Below the pieces are notes generated by a model, which saw only the letters and a program-made list of their open reading frames with translations, made no database searches and had not been told where the DNA came from. A DNA stretch of 29,857 nucleotides from Spirulina sp. (GTDB lineage: Bacteria > Cyanobacteriota > Cyanobacteriia > Phormidesmidales > Phormidesmidaceae): assembly GCA_044070495.1 (NCBI GenBank), contig JBIPSI010000046.1:1-29857 (forward strand), given 5' to 3'. The position numbers and the translations under genes were made by a program. This document shows positions 27,337 through 29,857 of the stretch, in pieces. The stretch's first letter is position 1. Each line of letters starts with the position of its first letter.

Positions 27337-27755
27337 TTATTGCCGATACTGGGTTTTTCTTTGCCCTAGCCAACCGAGGTGATCGCTATCACTCAGCCTC
27401 ACTTTCCGCACTAGCAGACCTTACCGAGCCTTTGGTAACAACGTATCCAGTCATCACAGAAACCTGTTATCTGTTGCTTTCCACAGAAGGAAATTCCTCG
27501 CAATGCCGATTTCTGAGAGATATCATATCGGGTGCTGCTGATATCCTTCACTTACAAAAAACACATCTCATCCGAATTATTGAGCTTCTGGAAACCTACG
27601 CAGATTTGCCTATGGATATGGCCGATGCATCCCTTGTCGTTCTGGCAGAACACCTAGGACACGGACGAATTTTGACTAGTGATCGCCGCGACTTTAATGT
27701 TTATCGCTGGCAAAATAACAAGCCGTTCGAGAACCTACTGCTAAATTATCTATGA
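27333..27755 (+). CDS. vapC: PIN-domain (VapC family) toxin
   Basis: IIADTGFFFAL, VITETCYLL, MDMADASLV, ILTSDRRDF acidic tetrad. Confidence 0.93.
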   Translation: MIIADTGFFFALANRGDRYHSASLSALADLTEPLVTTYPVITETCYLLLSTEGNSSQCRFLRDIISGAADILHLQKTHLIRIIELLETYADLPMDMADASLVVLAEHLGHGRILTSDRRDFNVYRWQNNKPFENLLLNYL

Positions 27756-27838
27756 TCAGTCCGTAGGGTGGGCATTGCCCACCATTCTTCCCATAGGAGC
27801 CTACTGCTTTACTGTGTGGGCCGTACTCACTCTACTCA
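27755..27838 (+). repeat. Cassette spacer repeat R3 (most complete copy, REP doublet)
   Basis: GTAG-GGTGGGCA-t-TGCCCACC hairpin, central ATTCTTCCCATAGGAGCCTACTGCTTTACTGT, then the degenerate inverted REP GTGGGCCGTACTCACT-CTAC. Confidence 0.9.
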
Positions 27839-27903
27839 TTTGTCAAAAGGTTATGGGCTTTAGGTAAAGCTATAATTGAAACCAGGTGATTTGAACCAGA
27901 ATC

Positions 27904-28266
27904 ATGACTACAGTCGCTATCTTGCCAATCTCTAACCCTAATGGTGAAAAAGCCTACCGAGCCGTCGCAGGCGACAAATATTCCGTCGGCAAAACCGCAG
28001 GGCAAGCTTTAGATGCCTTAACCGCCCAGTTAGATGAGGTTGAATTTAGTGCGCTACTGGTCATTCAAAGCTTTCGTCCTGACTCATTTTTTAGTGCCGA
28101 ACAGCAGGAACGATTATCGGAATTGATGAATCTGTGGCGATCAGCCAGGGATCAAGGACAAGAGCTACCCCCAGAACAACAAGCCGAGTTGGATAATTTA
28201 GTTGAGATAGAACTACAAGCGGCAACAACCCGTACTTCAGCGTTGATGCAGCCAGAACATTCATGA
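27904..28266 (+). CDS. Hypothetical protein, putative antitoxin (HicB-like N-terminal pattern)
   Basis: YRAVAGDKYSVGKTAGQALDAL plus a helical acidic C-terminus; ATGA overlap with the HNH gene; TATAAT at 27871-27876. Confidence 0.65.
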   Translation: MTTVAILPISNPNGEKAYRAVAGDKYSVGKTAGQALDALTAQLDEVEFSALLVIQSFRPDSFFSAEQQERLSELMNLWRSARDQGQELPPEQQAELDNLVEIELQAATTRTSALMQPEHS

Positions 28267-28664
28267 ATCCTTACTACACAGCGGTTGCTCAACGCGCAAA
28301 TCATCGTTGTGAATACTGCAAAGCCCCCGAAGTCGTTTTCAACTTCCCGTTTGAGGTGGAGCATATTATTCCACTTTCTCGGCAAGGTTCCGACGATGAT
28401 TCCAACTTAGCCCTTGCCTGTCGTTCCTGCAATCTACGAAAAGGCAATCGAATCAGTGGATTTTCTTCTCATTCCAATTTAGAAACTCGCTTCTTTCATC
28501 CACGAGAAGATCGCTGGAATGATCATTTTCAAATCAATGCTGAATCTGGCGAAATCATGGGAATAACTCTTATCGGAGAGGTCACTATAGAGTATTTAAA
28601 GATGAATAGCCCTCCTCAAGTTGCAGCACGACAACTCTGGATTCGTCTAAACTTGTTTCCATAG
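28263..28664 (+). CDS. HNH endonuclease
   Basis: RCEYC, EVEHIIPLSRQGSDDDSNLALACRSCNLRKG. Confidence 0.92.
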   Translation: MNPYYTAVAQRANHRCEYCKAPEVVFNFPFEVEHIIPLSRQGSDDDSNLALACRSCNLRKGNRISGFSSHSNLETRFFHPREDRWNDHFQINAESGEIMGITLIGEVTIEYLKMNSPPQVAARQLWIRLNLFP

Positions 28665-28669
28665 CTGCA

Positions 28670-28732
28670 CAGTCCGTAGGGCGAACATTGTCTATCATTC
28701 TTCCTATGGGGACTTGCTACTTTGCTACTCAC
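28670..28732 (+). repeat. Cassette spacer repeat R4
   Basis: CAGTCCGTAGGGCGAACATTGTCTATCATTCTTCCTATGGG, 33/41 identical to R3, then a shortened tail ending CTACTCAC. Confidence 0.85.
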
Positions 28733-28781
28733 CTCACCGATCAGGGTTTTATAATAAAGCTACCTATGTAGCGAGTAGCCT

Positions 28782-29015
28782 ATGCTGAACTCATCGGATA
28801 CGCGGGAACAGATTTATCGCTATGTTGATCAACTATCCCAGGAACGACTGGCGGTGGTGCTCGATTTTTTGGCTTATCTAGTAGAACGCGACAACAGCGA
28901 CGCCACAGAAGAGTTGTTGGCCATACCTGGGTTTGCGGCTGAGTTAGACCGGGCTGAACAGGAAGCCGACACCGAGGAACTCGTTGATTGGCGGGTTTTG
29001 CGTAGCGATGTATAG
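28782..29015 (+). CDS. Antitoxin partner of the RelE toxin
   Basis: 77 aa, acidic, overlaps the relE start; TATAAT at 28750-28755. Confidence 0.8.
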   Translation: MLNSSDTREQIYRYVDQLSQERLAVVLDFLAYLVERDNSDATEELLAIPGFAAELDRAEQEADTEELVDWRVLRSDV

Positions 29016-29268
29016 GGTTAGGCTAACCAAGCCTGCCGCTAAGGACTATCGGTCGGTAGAGGCGGCATTGGCTAAACGGCTAGCTAAGGCGTTTGAGATG
29101 CTGGAGCAAAATCCGCGTCAGCACCCCAATATTAAAGCGTTAAAGGGAGAACTGGCTGGGCGCTACCGTTATCGGGTAGGAGACTATCGCGTAGTCTACC
29201 GTATTGATGACGACTCTACAGAAGTTATCGTTCTGCTGATTAAACACCGTCGAGAAGTCTACGATTAA
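29008..29268 (+). CDS. relE: RelE/ParE family toxin
   Basis: MYRVRLTKPAAKDY, IKALKGELAGRYRYRVGDYRVVY, IKHRREVY. True start is the ATG at 29008. Confidence 0.93.
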   Translation: MYRVRLTKPAAKDYRSVEAALAKRLAKAFEMLEQNPRQHPNIKALKGELAGRYRYRVGDYRVVYRIDDDSTEVIVLLIKHRREVYD

Positions 29269-29290
29269 CCGATGTTGCACCTGCTAATCC

Positions 29291-29385
29291 AATCAGCCTA
29301 GACTCTAGGGCCATGCCTGCCATGCCTGCCATTCTTCCATATGGGTCTACTACTTGACCGTATGGGCCGCACCCATCCTACTCAC
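29291..29385 (+). repeat. Cassette spacer repeat R5
   Basis: CCATTCTTCCATATGGGTCTACTACTTGACCGTATGGGCCGCACCCATCCTACTCAC aligns with the second half of R3. The left arm is replaced by a GCCATGCCT duplication. Confidence 0.85.
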
Positions 29386-29439
29386 TCCCACGAAGAAATT
29401 ACTATTGTCGAAGGGAAATAAATCATTGCAAGAGTAGAA

Positions 29440-29586
29440 ATGCAAATTAATATTGAACTGAACCAGGAATACGAATCAAAGCTTGCTTATGTGCAGCAGC
29501 AAACCGACCAGCAAGATATTCAGGCTGTGATTGAGGCGGCCATTGATGTCTACTATCGTCAATTAGAAGTACCTCGCAAAACGTAA
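29440..29586 (+). pseudogene. Second copy of the 27064 antitoxin, truncated by IS insertion
   Basis: Same 48 residues (MQINIELNQEYESK...LEVPRKT) as 27064-27207. Homology stops at 29582, where the IS supplies a TAA. Confidence 0.92.
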
Positions 29587-29857
29587 TTGTTCAGGGGTTG
29601 ACGAAAGAGTCAGGGTTTCAAGGGCAGCCCTTCAGGTAAGCTGATGCCATGAGCGTTGACGACCCGTCTGAGATTGAGATTGGTGGCATCCGGCTTCCCC
29701 GAGCGGACTGGGAGGGGACCCCTGCTAGTGTGCAGGCGTTAGTGGCGGCGCTGTTAACGACAATTGCTCAGCAGCAGGAACAATTAGGTCAGTTGAGCGA
29801 GCAATTTGTGGCGATGAGCGAGCGCATCTCTCACCTGGAAGAGCAGGTGCGACAGAC
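29583..29857 (+). mobile_element. IS66-family insertion sequence (ISBst12-like), left end, runs off the window
   Basis: Begins GTAATTGTTCAGGGG (IS66-type GTAA terminus) exactly where antitoxin homology ends. Confidence 0.8.
29649..29857 (+). CDS. IS66-family transposase N-terminus (partial)
   Basis: MSVDDPSEIEIGGIRLPRADWEGTPASVQALV...MSERISHLEEQVRQ, a coiled-coil leader; frame open to the window end. Confidence 0.75.
   Translation, partial: MSVDDPSEIEIGGIRLPRADWEGTPASVQALVAALLTTIAQQQEQLGQLSEQFVAMSERISHLEEQVRQ

Noticed and set aside
26316..29385. R1-R5 as a CRISPR array
   Set aside because: Repeats are degenerate, unequal in length and separated by 0.5-0.9 kb gene pairs rather than short spacers; no cas genes in the window.
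24974..29582. Complete canonical integron
   Set aside because: No integrase or attI visible. Only the DUF2806 gene has attC-like ends; R1-R5 lack the RYYYAAC...GTTRRRY arrangement.

Overview
Chromosomal DNA from a cyanobacterium (chlB, glcF, DUF3084- and DUF4912-type genes; GC-rich codon usage suggests a Nodosilinea/Leptolyngbya-like filamentous strain, which is an inference). Bases 1-24910 are mostly unlinked housekeeping genes: a glutamine-synthetase-like ligase, cysteine desulfurase, two glycosyltransferases, ispF, MarC, a PGM1-like ATP-grasp ligase, a lytic transglycosylase, ExbB-like, tsaC, rsmH, ccdA, aqpZ, glcF and chlB. The intergenic gaps hold several families of small palindromic repeats, one nested inside another, a decayed BrnT/BrnA-type locus and a candidate ~60-nt sRNA. 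After chlB the DNA becomes clearly more AT-rich. This accessory island starts with a DUF2806-type gene carrying integron-cassette-like ends (GTTATATCGCCA ... TGGCAATATAAC). Next comes a co-oriented array of two-gene toxin-antitoxin-like modules: an Ntox50-like pair, antitoxin/PIN, HicB-like/HNH, antitoxin/RelE, and a second copy of the PIN-module antitoxin cut by an IS66-family element. Each module is separated from the next by a degenerate copy of one GTAG-REP-derived spacer. This repeat-punctuated cassette array is the best candidate for an undescribed system. All family calls come from motif recognition; no searches were run.
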